Both the position numbers and the translations under genes were made by a program. A DNA stretch of 64,000 bases from Callorhinchus milii (taxonomy: Eukaryota). The stretch is from NCBI RefSeq assembly GCF_018977255.1, contig NW_024704743.1:33234001-33298000 (forward strand), in the 5' to 3' direction. Each line of letters starts with the position of its first letter. Position 1 is the first letter of the stretch. Shown here piece by piece: positions 1-12,845 of this stretch. The notes beneath the pieces were generated by a model. That model saw only the letters and a program-made list of their open reading frames with translations. It was not told the origin of the DNA and ran no database searches.

Positions 1-310
1 TCTTGATGTCTGACAGACAAGCTGACAGAACATCAGGGGACTGGGGTCACAGCTGGAGGTGGAAAAGTAGAGTTGAGTATCATCCGCATACATGTGGAAG
101 TTAACCCCGTGGCTGCGGATGACATCACCGAGAGGAAGTATGTAGATGAGGAAAAGAAGGGGGCCAAGGATGGATCCTTGGGGTACACCGCAGGTGACCA
201 GGTGGAAGTGAGAAGAAAAGCCATTTGCAGAAATGTAGTCCAGGAGGACGAGGAGGCAGAGGGAGCCCTGGTCACAGATGGAGAGAATGTCGTTTATGAC
301 TTTCATGAGC
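1..310 (-). mobile_element. L2 LINE RT fragment with internal deletion
   Basis: Reverse complement aligns to the 12846-14930 L2 (gtacccc aaggatccatccttggcccc; cgacatcctct..atctgtgaccagggctccctctgcc). Confidence 0.85.
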
Positions 311-313
311 GTT

Positions 314-480
314 AAAATCCATATTAACTACATCAACTGCACTACCTTCATCTACCCCCTCAGTTACTTCATCCAAAAACTCTATCAGATTTGTTAGACA
401 TGATTTGCCTTTAACAAATCCATGTTGGCTGTCCTTTATTAACCCATATTTTTCTAAGTGAAAATTAATTTTGTTCCGGA
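314..480 (-). mobile_element. CR1 LINE RT fragment
   Basis: Minus strand reads [49 protein letters not shown], the typical CR1 RT domain start. Confidence 0.88.
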
Positions 481-522
481 TGCCCAGTTTATTTATTTAT
501 TTAATTTATTTATTGACTGTGA

Positions 523-735
523 TGACACCAGGAGAAACTGCCTTCTCTTTTCATATAGAGTATTGCCATGAGATCATTAACGTCCACCTGAATAGATAGA
601 CATCATGTTTAGTCTGACTCAAATGATGGCACCTCTGACCATGCAGCATTTTTCCCAGCACTGTGATGGAGGGTCAGACGAGACTATGTGACTTACCTGT
701 GACCAGGGGCAAGAGTGCTGCCAACTGATCAAATT
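523..735 (-). mobile_element. Deu-domain SINE fragment
   Basis: Reverse complement of the Deu-like core (caggtggacgttaatgatctcatggcaatac...tttctcctggtgtc). Confidence 0.7.
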
Positions 736-1689
736 GCCAGCTAGAAAATAACAGTTGCTGATTTTTCCCTTCACTAGGCCATTGGTGCTGAGACCAATCA
801 GCTTCCCCCTACGAACACCTCAGATGGGATCAGATCATTCAACAGTTATTAAGGATTGAACTGGCAGCTTCTCAGTATGTGTAGCAGAACATCACACTGG
901 ACACTGCCTCTAGCGACTTTTACATTTCAACATAAGTACTATTCAGATAATTAGTTCGAACTTACGTGCTCTCCAGCTGTAAGCTGTGCCTGGGATTTAC
1001 CACAATATTCAACTGAATGACAATGAGCATATAACATTTCATTCAGACTGACAGACTTTCCATTAAATGTACAGCATTATGTATAGCATTATAGCAGAAC
1101 GGAGATAAATTGACAGTGTTTTTCTAACTCCTAGATCAGCCATGTTGTGGACCAGGCTTTGTGTTAAGCCTTTCCTTCGTGTTACTGAATTTTAGAAAAT
1201 TACTTTCATGTATGAAAGGCCTCTCTGTATTCACTGCTACAATTCCCTGTCCATCTATTAATGTATGGGTGTGTACGGATGCAATTGAAGTGGCAAGTGG
1301 CACATCAGGGCTCCACATGATTTATCAATATCTGATTGCCCAGCAGGGTTGGTGGTTGTTGTAAATGATTTGCTAAATAATGGTGTTTGATATGTGATAT
1401 AAGCAAAATATTGGTGATACCAATGGGAAGCTCTAATCACGCCTTCCATTTTATGCTTGTCTATGAAAAACATAACCAGTCACTTCACTTTATAGCATAA
1501 TCTATGAAGGGCTTTGAGACGTCCTCCTGACACAATATTGAATGCAATTATTATTTTTTTATTTATGAGATTCACAAAATAGTCAATTGCAATTTCTTAA
1601 ACTGGTCAGAGCATGTTTAGGCTTCTGGCCTTTCTTCACACCTTGTTGTTTTGGAAACAACAATTAGCTGTTTAGCTAATATCACATCT

Positions 1690-2345
1690 TCCTCTCTGCT
1701 ACCCTCAACACCCTTACCCCTCACCTCCCGCACTGCCTCTTACTCCCACAAGTTCCCCTAGTGCAACAGTCAGCTCTGCTCCCTCAACAGTTTGTGCCAT
1801 TGAATGCATCTGGCACAAATCCAAACTATTGGTCTATAGCCAGATCTGACTGGATCTTGTCTAAACTTTACCACTCGGCCCTCACCTCAGCTAAATTGTC
1901 CTTTTACTTCAAGATCATCCGAGATGCCAAGGGCAACCCCAAGCTCCTCCTCCACCACAAACCAGCTCCTCCATCCTCTCCTCTAACTCCAAATCTGAGG
2001 ATATTATGATGAGTCCAAAATCGAGGGAATCTGTTCTGCTGCTTTTGCCCTTTCTACTGTCACCCGTTGCCCATTTCCCCTCCGTCTCCAGTATCACCTA
2101 CCTTCTCTCCACACTTTTGACCCCTCTCCCCCTCTTCTCTCAACTCTATCATTTCCCAAATGAAGCCCACCACCTATTCCCTTGACACAATCGCTACCCC
2201 ACTCCTTACCTCCCAGCTCCACCTTCTTGCCACCCTACTAACAGCCATCATCTCTCTCTATCCACCGGCACCATTCCCATCCCCTTAAAAAACAGCCGTC
2301 AATACCCCCATCCTCAAAAAATCTTCCATTGACTCATCTCTGCTC
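1690..2345 (+). mobile_element. Degraded L2 fragment
   Basis: Similar to 12990-13500 (aagggcaaccccaagctcctc, atgaagcccaccacctattcccttgac, acccccatcctcaaaaaa). Confidence 0.75.
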
Positions 2346-3614
2346 TCAGAGGAGAACACATTTAATGTCTTTCAGAGAGAAGAAAATAAATAAAACAAGG
2401 GCCAATAGTATAATAATAAATATGCATTTAATATAGTATCTTGTCACATCATTAAAATGCCTCAAAGTACTTCATGGTAANTTTTTTAACTGTAAAGTAT
2501 AGTGACTATGCATTTGTATACTAAATCATGGATGAATTCCACAAACTTCCTCAAACTGTTTTGTTCAGGTTGTGAGAAACACGGATTGTGATGGGACCCA
2601 TGAATGAGAAATCCAATTTTCCCTTGCTGTGAAAATCTGCATGTACAACAATGTCAGTCTCCTAAACAATTGTCAAATATATGGCACGTATTGTTTACTC
2701 GTTCGCCCACTTGAATGGATTATTTGGCTCCTTAGAAATCCTTTCATCCAGCTGTTCAGAAGATGAAGCATCCTGAAATATTGAATAATTCATATCGCTG
2801 TCGGAAATAGGTTTGTAGTACAATGACTGGGAAGAGTTGCTGCTGGTCCTCTGAATGTATTATCTCAAATTAACCTTTGAGCCACAGGTAGACGTGTACT
2901 TACAATACAATTCCTTACAAGGAACTTGAATGAAATATCAGAAATTATGAACCCTGGAACATGTCATCTGAACAATGACAGCTGCCTCCTCCCTCCTAGG
3001 CAAACGTGGCAACTGATCCATGGCTGCAATCTCCCACATGCCAAATAAATGCGCTCTTTTTTGCGAATTCAAGGAGGAAGAAATATTGCACCATGTGCAA
3101 GAAGAGACACTGACATAGCTTCCTTTACCAAGTAGCATCAGCACCGCTTCCTGGGCATAGCGCGCAGGAAGTGACATCAGCACTGACCAGACGATCCGTG
3201 AGCTGAACCCTTCTGGCCATAGCGTGGGTCAACAACAACAACAAATTACATTTTTTAGTGCCTTTCACGTCAGGAGGATGTCCCAAGGTGCTGAAACTGT
3301 ACACGAGCGCTATAAACAGACCATTGCTAAACTAGTAGACACATACTTACTGTATGCTTCCTTTTGATGGATTTGAATGAAATATCAGGAACTATGAACT
3401 CTTGAACAGATCTTCATAATAATGGATTTGCCCTGTACAACAAGAGGGTGGCTAAATTGTTTTTTTCATCTGGAACAGAGGAGGTTGAGAGGGAATATGA
3501 CAGCGGTGTCGTAGATTTTGCAGAGGCATAACTGAGTAGATAGGAAGACAAATAGGGGAAATAGGAGAAAATCAGTGACGAGACGGGTAGTCTAAGGATT
3601 TTTAGCAGAAGAAT

Positions 3615-3852
3615 CAAGGAGAGGTTAGACAGAATTTCTTCACTCAGAGGGTTGTTAGGGTATTACCATAACTATCTATTGAGGCTGATTCAATAGAATA
3701 ATTCAAAACGTAACTGGCTGCTCACATGGGAAGTAAAACACGTGAGGTAAAAATGGAAAGCGTAATCAATAAAAGGAACTTTTAATGAAACTTAGCTATG
3801 GCACAAATGTAACTATTTGAATGGCCTCTTTCTGTGCTGAAAATTCCTATGG
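3615..3852 (+). mobile_element. Degraded CR1 3' end
   Basis: aatttcttcactcagagggttgttagg (FFTQRVV motif) and the CR1 3'UTR motif gaatggcctctttctgtgctg. Confidence 0.7.
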
Positions 3853-4259
3853 CAATCCACAATCACTAGCAACGTAGCAGCTAATATATCACAGAATGTC
3901 TTTACACCCTAGTTTATACGGAATGACAATCCTAGATATGTTGTGTGTAGCACACCCATTTTACCTACAAAATACACCGTCACTACACTTTATAGCGTAT
4001 GCTGTATTTGATGTTTTGACTCTGCATGCTGCATTCATTATTAAAATGCTATTTGAATTTCCGTGATGTATTTTACTGATTAGTGTTTGCTGTTGAAGGA
4101 GCCTGAGGATCAAATGAATGGCAGGGCACATAACAGCACGTATTAAGCGCAGGTACAAAAATTATAGTCGCTGTCTGACTAAGCTCCTCCATAAGTCTCA
4201 ACACAAAGCTTTTGTTGCCAGGGCACATGAATTTAGTCCATTGCAGATTGCTTTCCACG

Positions 4260-4452
4260 GGTAATAATTCCTCNAAAAAATTGGTCACTCAATCCGTGGC
4301 TGCTTGTGGGACACTGCTGTGCACAATTGGCTGCCGTGTTTTGCCCACAAAATATACAGTAAATGCATTGTACAAAATATTCTGTAAAGCTCTTTGAGAC
4401 AACCCGACAACATGATAAGGCGCTAGATCAAATGCAAAGGTTATTATTATTA
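4260..4452 (+). mobile_element. tRNA-derived SINE, 3' part
   Basis: Matches the 3' half of the full copy at 28295-28682, with a (tta)n tail. Similar 3' fragments lie at about 4765-4865(+), 10208-10314(+), 10996-11105(-), 11955-12065(-), 22056-22168(+), 30525-30646(+), 36912-37024(+), 49120-49280(-) and 51070-51184(+). Confidence 0.8.
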
Positions 4453-6279
4453 TACAGTCATGCATCTGCCTCAAATCCACCTTTGTTTGTCCTTTTGTCT
4501 GTTGCCAGTTAATATGCATCTCTAAAACTATGAGATTTTGCACATCTCTGTAGAAGCTGTAAGTGAATACTATCTGGCAGCTTCTCTTCTCCCCCACACC
4601 CACTCCATCTGTTATATTACAGATACTTGAGTGATTTGTCCTTTTGAGAAATGTTTTGCATTCATAGCACATAACTAAACCTAAACCTGGTGAAAAAAAA
4701 CATCTGTTGAAATATATTACGAATCAAACATGAAACTCACCAATGCTTTTGCTGTATGTACAATAGCCCACAAAATATACAGTCAAACCACTTTACAGCT
4801 GTGAAGCGCTTGGAGACATTTCATGGACGTGATAAGGCTCCATATCAAATGCAAGTATTACTGTTATATTTATTATAGAGAGCCATTGCAGGTTAGAGGA
4901 AAACTATGCTAATTGCACACCTTTTATTTCACTATTTTGGGATCATTTCACTTTGCAAGTCATCTGGCAAAAAAAAACATTTTGACAGATTTTAAAATGC
5001 TTGACAATTTGCAGATTCTTCGCAATCTGGATTCGGCATGCGATGCAAAATTATTGTCCCTGAATCAAAAGACGACAAAAGAAAGCGAATTGACTGATGT
5101 TTTTATCTCTTTGGCAAATCTGGGTTGGATGTTTCACATCTGTGCCTGTAATTGTGCCGAAGGCAGGCAGTCAGTCAGCTCTTGAGGGCTGGACTGGGGC
5201 GTTGGCAGTCTATTGCTGTTGGGGATCATATTAGCTTAGTTCATGCTAATAAGAAGCCAGTGGAAATGTGGCACTAAATCCTGGAATGTCAGCTCACTTA
5301 TCAAAATGATCACCCACGGATTCAAATTAACATTCCCCAAGTCATTATCTTTACACACAAAAAAAATTATCATTTGAGCAATGCGGTATGTTGTACTTTA
5401 ATTTCTCTTAGCGGAAATCTTTCAAACCCTAATTTGTACCAGCATGCATTACCTTATTACACAGCTCAACATTTGTGGCAGATACAAAAACAGTGTCAGC
5501 AGATCAGAGCAATCCACCCCCCAAGCCAATATTTCCTTGCATTTGATACAGCGCATTTGTATAAACCATATATTTTAATGTTTGTATGGAGCTGTCATGT
5601 TCTGTAGGTTAAGATAAAATCTGTCTGAACTATTGATCTTACTAAATCTCTAAGTTTATGGTTGTTGGTTTCACCTCCTCTTGTCCCAGGAGGTACAGTT
5701 TCTCGGATGTAGATTGTAATTGTGATTTCAATAACTAGAATTGGTCATTACCCAGACAGCGACCTATAACCTGGCTATTCGTGTTCATTGTCTAAGATGC
5801 ATTGTCTCCATCATGCTAATTTGGGGGGAAAGAAAGAGGGTTATTTATAGTCTATCAGCAAACAAATGATTACTGATGAAATATGACCAATTTTTAACCA
5901 GAATGGGGAGGGTATGGTGGGGGGGTTTGGGGGGAGTATTGAAATTCAGGAAGGATTTCAGATCCCTGCTGGCATCCATGCAGACGTTCCATCTGTTTTG
6001 AACAATATCAACGCCAGTTTGGATCGCTGCTCAAAGTCGTCTAAAGATATTAATGGAAAGCAAATGAATGAACTCTAAACCTCCCTGAACTGCAAATGAT
6101 GTGTAAAATGCATGCATCACTAGGCTACCTTCATCGTCAAACCATTAAATATTTCATAGTTCTAAGAATATAGGCACATAAAATATTTAGAAACAGAGCA
6201 TGATCCTCTGCCTTTTCTTTGTTTGAAGTCAATTTGTTCCTTTAACCCTTTGGATATTAATGGGTATTTAAAAAATATA

Positions 6280-6440
6280 TTCCTTGCATTTGATATAGTG
6301 CTTGACTGCATCTTCGAGACGTCTTAAAGCACATCACAGAATATACTGTAAAGTGAATTGACTGTATATTTGTGGGCGAAACGTAACAGCCAGTTGCGGA
6401 CAGCAGTGTCCCACAAACAGATGTGTATTGAGTGACCAAA
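6280..6440 (-). mobile_element. tRNA-derived SINE, 3' part
   Basis: Reverse complement of the shared SINE 3' segment. Confidence 0.8.
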
Positions 6441-7999
6441 TTGTTTTATATATGATTGTGCTTGCTTTATTGTCAGATTATAATCATTGCAATTAGATGC
6501 GTGTGTTTTAATGCTGAATTGGTCTTAAAACAGTGCAAGAAACTGCAGGATGATGTGCAATCTACATTTTTTTTTCCTGGAGGAAATCTTTTGGAGGGGA
6601 AAATAAATTGATATTGTAAAGATTTTTTCTATATACACAGTATATCCAGGAATAGGAGGGTATTCATTCCTCTGAGGGCTGATTTTATTTGGTTGACGTT
6701 TTGGATCATGGAGGCTGTAAGTGGAAATAGAGGAAATTGTTTAGCATAGTAGACAGTGAGCATGTCCATAGAATGGATGTTTAATCGAGAAGCCAGCCTG
6801 TGGGTATCATGGGGATATACTGTAATGAAGTGGAATTCCCTCGTCAGTCTTTCGACCTGCAGATACTGAACTCACAGCAAGCCTATTAGAAGCTGTTGGG
6901 TGTGACTGTCGTGCGTGTGTGTGTGGGTGTCCACTCCGTGTTTTTTTTCGTGAAAAGTGCCCAATTGAGTCTGAAACCTACAGAACCCTTCAGTGAAACG
7001 TAGAGACAAAGCACCAGCAGTGAAGGGCTTTTAGCACAAAGGAGGATGTTGTTCTGATGTAGCAGAGCACTGGAAAGCAGCCCAGGCGAGAATGTTAACG
7101 TGTTTATTCAGGTAGGGGAGGTTTGATCTGCTTCATATGGACATGCTTATCAGGTTCATTTTATTTCATTTGTTCTTCTGACTGAGGACTGACTTGGTGT
7201 TCTGGGCGAATTGGTAGAAATACTGTGAAATTGTTTGAAACAAGATGAATTTGGAATACTGAGACTGCACTTAGGAAAGAGGCAGGTTTTCATTTCATAC
7301 ATTTGCCCAGATTGGAAGCAATCGGTTATATTTGTCACTCACTCACTCTGTCTGTCCTGTCTGTCTCCCGCCTAGAACCACAGCTGCAAACTTTATACGG
7401 GCTTTTGAGGCACCAACAAAATGAGAAATAACGACCATAGAGACTGTAACGGGAAGCTTTTGAAAACATCTGATTATAAGAGTGTTTCCTGGTTTGTTAC
7501 TGTCTGTCCAGTGATGCATTGGTATTAAGACATACTGGGCTGTTTGAAGGGCCAGCTGGTTTGCTTTGCTGTTACCTAGTTTCTCTCTGTCCAGTTTATT
7601 CATGCTTGTGCTGGAATTGGTATCTTTAGCTTAAATATGTTTAGGCAATGGGTGAGGGCCAGGTCAGTTGGAATAGAAACTGTTATTTGAAAACCTGTTC
7701 AGTTAGGTCACTGACTGTAAGTGAACAGATGTGTTATTTTGGTGACAGTTGTGTAGTTAGCACTTACTTTCTCTCCCTCTTTCTTGTCTCATCTGAAGAC
7801 AGCTAGCTGACTCTTTGTGAAGTACAGTTCTATTGGTTTTTTTAAACCATATATATATTTATTTGTTGATATATATTTACGCTCATCTCAGACACTACCA
7901 AGCCCGTTACAGAAAAGAAGACGCAACACGTCATTATCCCGTTACAGCACACAACATTATTATTAAATAATTAAATAATAATGATTAAATAATTATTAA

Positions 8000-8192
8000 A
8001 TAATAATCCCTCCAAAACAAAACAATAATAAATTGGTCATTTTCAATCCATGACTGTTTGTGGGACACTGCTGTGTGCAATTGGCTGCCGCGTTTCGCCC
8101 ACAAATATACGTTCAATTCACTTTACAGTCTAATCTGTGAAGCCCTTTGAGCCGTCGAGAAGACGTGATAAGGCGTTTTATCAAATGCAAGG

Positions 8193-8223
<31 letters not shown>
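8000..8223 (+). mobile_element. tRNA-derived SINE, 3' half with long (tta)n tail
   Basis: aattggtcattttcaatccatgactgtttgtgggacac...atcaaatgcaaggattatt(att)n. Confidence 0.85.
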
Positions 8224-8224
<1 letters not shown>

Positions 8225-8225
<1 letters not shown>

Positions 8226-9215
8226 AGACCTGGCCCCTTGTGGCAGGGGTGGGGAGGGTGGCCTTCTGCGCACTGCGCTTTGGTGAAGGGACCAAGGATT
8301 CTCCACCTCGCGCAGTTACAAATGGGGTCTTGTACCGCCCTCCCTATGACTCCGCCCTTGGTGGGGAGTGTGAACAGGTTCATATCACACAGGTTGTGCA
8401 CATTTTTTTTGGGACACTCCCTTTAAGACAATCGGGAATCACCCCTGTGTGCACACCAACAACAACACCTTGGATTTATATAGCGCCCTCCACGCCGGAC
8501 GGCGTCTCAGAGCGCTACATCCATGTGCGTGCCCGCACATACCCTGATAACGCCGTTTGCCACTTTCGGATGGCGCCCCGATGTGCACCATACGTGCACA
8601 TGTTTACCCAAATACATGCCTGGAAACCTTGCAAATACAAACCCATACAAATACCCAATGCCTGGCCAGTCCCACCCCTGTCACTGGGGCATTCCTGCCG
8701 AGGTTCTGTTCCCTTTTTCTTCAGGGAGCAGTTACATGGGGATGGGCTAGTCCCGGCTCTTCCGTCATTCTACAGGATGATGAGCCTTTACCTCACTCCC
8801 TGCCATTCCCTGTTTTATGGGGGAGACGGGCAGACATACATACATTTTCTGGAGGCTCTTTGTTTACATCTCGAACATCCCTCTGTACATTTATATGGTT
8901 ACACACACGTTTATTCACAGTTTTGGGTGCCCTCGTGGATTACCTGGTGAGCACACCCTGATGTCTGCCTCTTGCTGGTAGGGACCCTGGCTCATGGGGA
9001 TGTGATGCCAGCATGAGCGAGGCTTGCACAGGAGTGACCTGGCGTTTGCCGCAGCTGAGTCGAGCTTCAGCGTGTTCCTCAGTACGTAGTTCCTGATCCT
9101 AGCGTGGGCGAGCCTGAGGCAGACCCTCTCCGTCCCCTCGTTCCACTGGAAGACCACCAGGTTTCGGGAGCCAAAGGGCCTCCTTCACCGAGTTGATGAT
9201 CCTCCAGGCGCACTC
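8225..9215 (-). mobile_element. Tx1-clade non-LTR retrotransposon 3' fragment (ORF2 C-terminus plus presumed 3'UTR)
   Basis: Minus strand reads ECAWRIINSVKEALW/RNLVVFQWNEGTERVCLRLAHARIRNYVLRNTLKL with one frameshift, resembling fish Tx1/L1-Tx ORF2 C-termini. The block is CpG-rich. The extent of the UTR is uncertain. Confidence 0.65.
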
Positions 9216-12200
9216 AATTTTTTTTTGCTGAAATTTAATCTAATTTGTGTGTTTTTCTTACTATCTTCAGAAGTATAGTATAGTCCTGACATGAAAAGTC
9301 GCTATATCAATGTAAATGTTTTGCTGTTGTTGTATTGATGGAAATATCTACCCTTTGTACCCAATGTGGCCATTTAAATAATTCAAGGAAAAAACTCTTT
9401 CCACACATTGCTAATCGTGTTTCCTGAAGAGGGAGGAAAGCTAAGGGGGTCTGAGTCACAGTCTTTCATCTTATCCTCATCACTGGCCCTCAAAGCTCAC
9501 AAGTTCTGTGATATAGGTAATGGGATTGTGACCCTCATTGTGACCCTAGGAGATTATTTCAGACCATAACACTCTCTGCATACTTTACTTAATGTCTTTA
9601 AAAAAAATCACAATCTGGGGTAATTTTAATGACTTGTTTCCCTAAAAATAGGAAAATCATTGCGAAAGAGTTAGGATTTTCTTGCTGCAAAGATACGGAT
9701 TGAAAAAATCTGTGCAGCCATATTGTTTAATTGAAGGAAATATCTAGCTAGCATTTTACAAGACAATTATTTGCAGCAATTATTCCCAGAACATTTTCAT
9801 ACTGAGCAGTGCTGATGAACTGCACATCCTTATTATTACTCAGAGCTTTCATCCTGGTTGGAAGCAGATGTCAGTGTGTAAAGATGATCTGTACCAGGAG
9901 ATTGAGCCTCAAAAAAACAATTCAGAGGATGAATACACTGCACTAGCAGATGTCTACACAGGATTTGCCAGATGTGTCACAATCAGAAATGAATGAGCAT
10001 TGGAAACTTCACAACAAAAAATCTGTTTCACATTCGTTTTTGTTACAGAACGAAACCTTTGCAAACAAATTCTCCCCCACACATGGTTCTACACACTCAT
10101 TGCCCCTATCTTTGACAAGCTGCCTATTTTCCCAGTACCCCAAAGGATCAGGTTTAAGATGGTTATCCAGGTTTTCAAATGCTTCCAAGGTGTTTTCTCA
10201 CCCCTTTCTCCCACAAAATATACAGTCAATTCACTTTACAGTATATTCTGTGAAGCGCTTTAAGACGACGCGAAGATGTGATAAGGCACTGTATCAAATG
10301 CAAGGATTATTATAATTATCTATCTTCGTCAGTCCTATAATACAGCTCAAATACATTGGTCTTCCAACTCTGATCTGTTGCTCACTCTTTACTCCATCAC
10401 CATTGACTAAGCCTTCTGCCACCATGCTCTGGGAACTCAATGCCAAAAACCACATTGTCTTGTTACTTTCTCCCTTCAAATCCTCCTATACACATATCTC
10501 CCTCACTTTGGTTGACTTCTTTAAATCTTCTATTTTGTCTCATTTTTCCATGTGCTTTGAGACATTCTTTTTGGTGAAATCGCTGTACAAATGCAAGTTG
10601 TTATTAAGAATTCAGCAGGGTTTAGATCTTGATTGTCACGGGAATTAATTATCTTACCATCTTTCGCAAATAAAATCTCGAAAAAGCTAATGATATGAAT
10701 GTGCACATTAATGCTGCTTTTACACTACCAGTTTGTATGCCAAAGGCAAGCCTGTCTCCAGAGGCAACTAGTATTGTAAATATTACAATATTATATATAA
10801 CAATGGGATAAGACACCATATCAAATCCAAGGATTATTATTATTATTATTACATTGTAAAACTCTCTGGGTTCTCTTAAGCTATTTGGGACATCCTCCTG
10901 GTTGGAAAGGTGCTATGTAAATGTACTTGTAATGTATAATTGTATTATATATTGTAAAATGTCTGTTTTTTTCTGGTTCTGGATCTTGAGTTGGATATAA
11001 TAATAATAAATGTTGCATTTGATGTAATGCCTTATCACATCTTCGAGACATCTCAAAGCGCTTCACAGAATATACTGTAAAGTGAATTGACTTGTGTATT
11101 TTGTGGATCTCCCATTGCCTCCATATTCAGCAGGGACCAGCGTATGAGGGGAAAGTTGTGGAATTGGAGCAAGTTGCCCCAGACCCAGCAACGTTCTGGA
11201 CATGCCCAGATGTGTTGATGTCGGTGTTTACAGACAGTCACACGGGTAACAACTGGCATTGCAATATTTTTGGGGATCTCCGCTGGTCAAATACCAATAA
11301 CGTCAGCTAAATTGTGGAGAAAAGCTGGAAGCAAAGTCACCTGGTTTTCAGGCACATCTTCCAACCTCTCTTGCCATCATTTGAGCATCAAAATAACTAA
11401 ATTAAATACTAATTATGTGCTGAACAAATGAGTTGATCTTATCCTGACAAGTTGGGCAATACCATCAAGTCATTAACCACACAGAGGGTCTGCAGCCACA
11501 GTGGGCCTGATGCCCACGTTCAAACCATGGCTCCTCTTTAGTTCTGGACCTTGAGGCTCGGGCAACCACAGCATGAAAGCTTGGAGGTGGGGGGGGGAAT
11601 GGAGAATGATTTTACAAAGCCAGTGTTCAGCTGTCAGCTTGAAAGTATTCTGTATCACAATAAATTGCCACATTGGGGGGTGGCACACGAATGGATTATT
11701 GACAGTCACTACAGGGCAGTGGGACCATCAAAAGGGATCAGATAACATTCTAAACTGTGAGACTTGAGCAATAGTTATCATCATCTGAGCCCTGGGATTA
11801 GATTGTGGCCTTGAAAGCACTGCATTCTGTTCATTTTTTTCATGCTGGTGTGGCTTTCATTTTACAGGATGACGTTTGTTGTGTTAAGCTCATTTTTGGG
11901 GTAGTTACCAGAGAAGAATCTGACTGTCCGCTCGCTCACTGTTAATAATAATAAAATAATAATAATCCTTAAATTTGGTATAGAACCTTTCACATCAGGA
12001 GGACATCTCAAAGCACTTCACAGGATATACTGTAAAGTGTAGCGACTGTGGATTTTTAGGTGAAAATTTGTGTTGAAGGATTACTAATTGTGTAGTCATT
12101 GGGAACAATATAAAGGTCCATCTACTCTTTAGTGAATCCGATTGACCCTGATGTATTTGTCACAGACCTCCCATTTCTTTTACCCTTCCGTAAGACTGTA

Positions 12201-12845
12201 GTAGCAGTGAAGTTGATGCAGCTGAGATTCAGACTTTGTGGATCCAGCCTTCAGCTGCAAATTCAAAGAATCAAGGCTTATGTTTTCTAAAAATGTGCCC
12301 AGCAGTGACTTTATTTATTGACCAGGGTATTTTTTGACTTGTGCAACATTTGACATTAGGTTTTTGTTTCGGTATTTAACAATGTTCTATTCTCTATGTA
12401 GACTCTTGGTTTTAATACCAAATAGGCTAAGAAAAGGAGGTATTGTTTTTCACAATATCTTATCAAACTTATTTACATGGTACTTGAGAGAAAAATGTGT
12501 CCCCGGATCAAGTTATGCCCCATGTTGTATGTCGGAACAACATAGTCCTGTACTGTTGGTCAATGCTATGTGGGCGAGGAGGCAAATGGTATGTGGGCAC
12601 GGAGCCTGCACATTCAATACCCCGAATGAACTTTTAGTAGGAGTGAAAAAGCCTTAAAGAAAGCCCTCATTTCATTGTCCCAATTTTATTCCCTTCAATT
12701 TCAAAAGAGATCATTACCAGTGACTGATACAACTGATAAGGCCTTGTTCACTACTTGCTTCATGAAGCATCGTTCAGCAGAATTTTTATTCAGCTCCTTG
12801 GGATATCCCCCAATGTGAAAGGCGCTATATTATATATGTTAATTT

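Noticed and set aside
2481..4274. Single N bases at 2481 and 4274
   Set aside because: They are assembly ambiguities next to homopolymer runs, not biology.
8240..8950. 236-aa plus-strand ORF
   Set aside because: It is antisense to the Tx1-like block, crosses an L2 tail and has no recognisable domain. It is most likely a chance ORF in GC-rich sequence.
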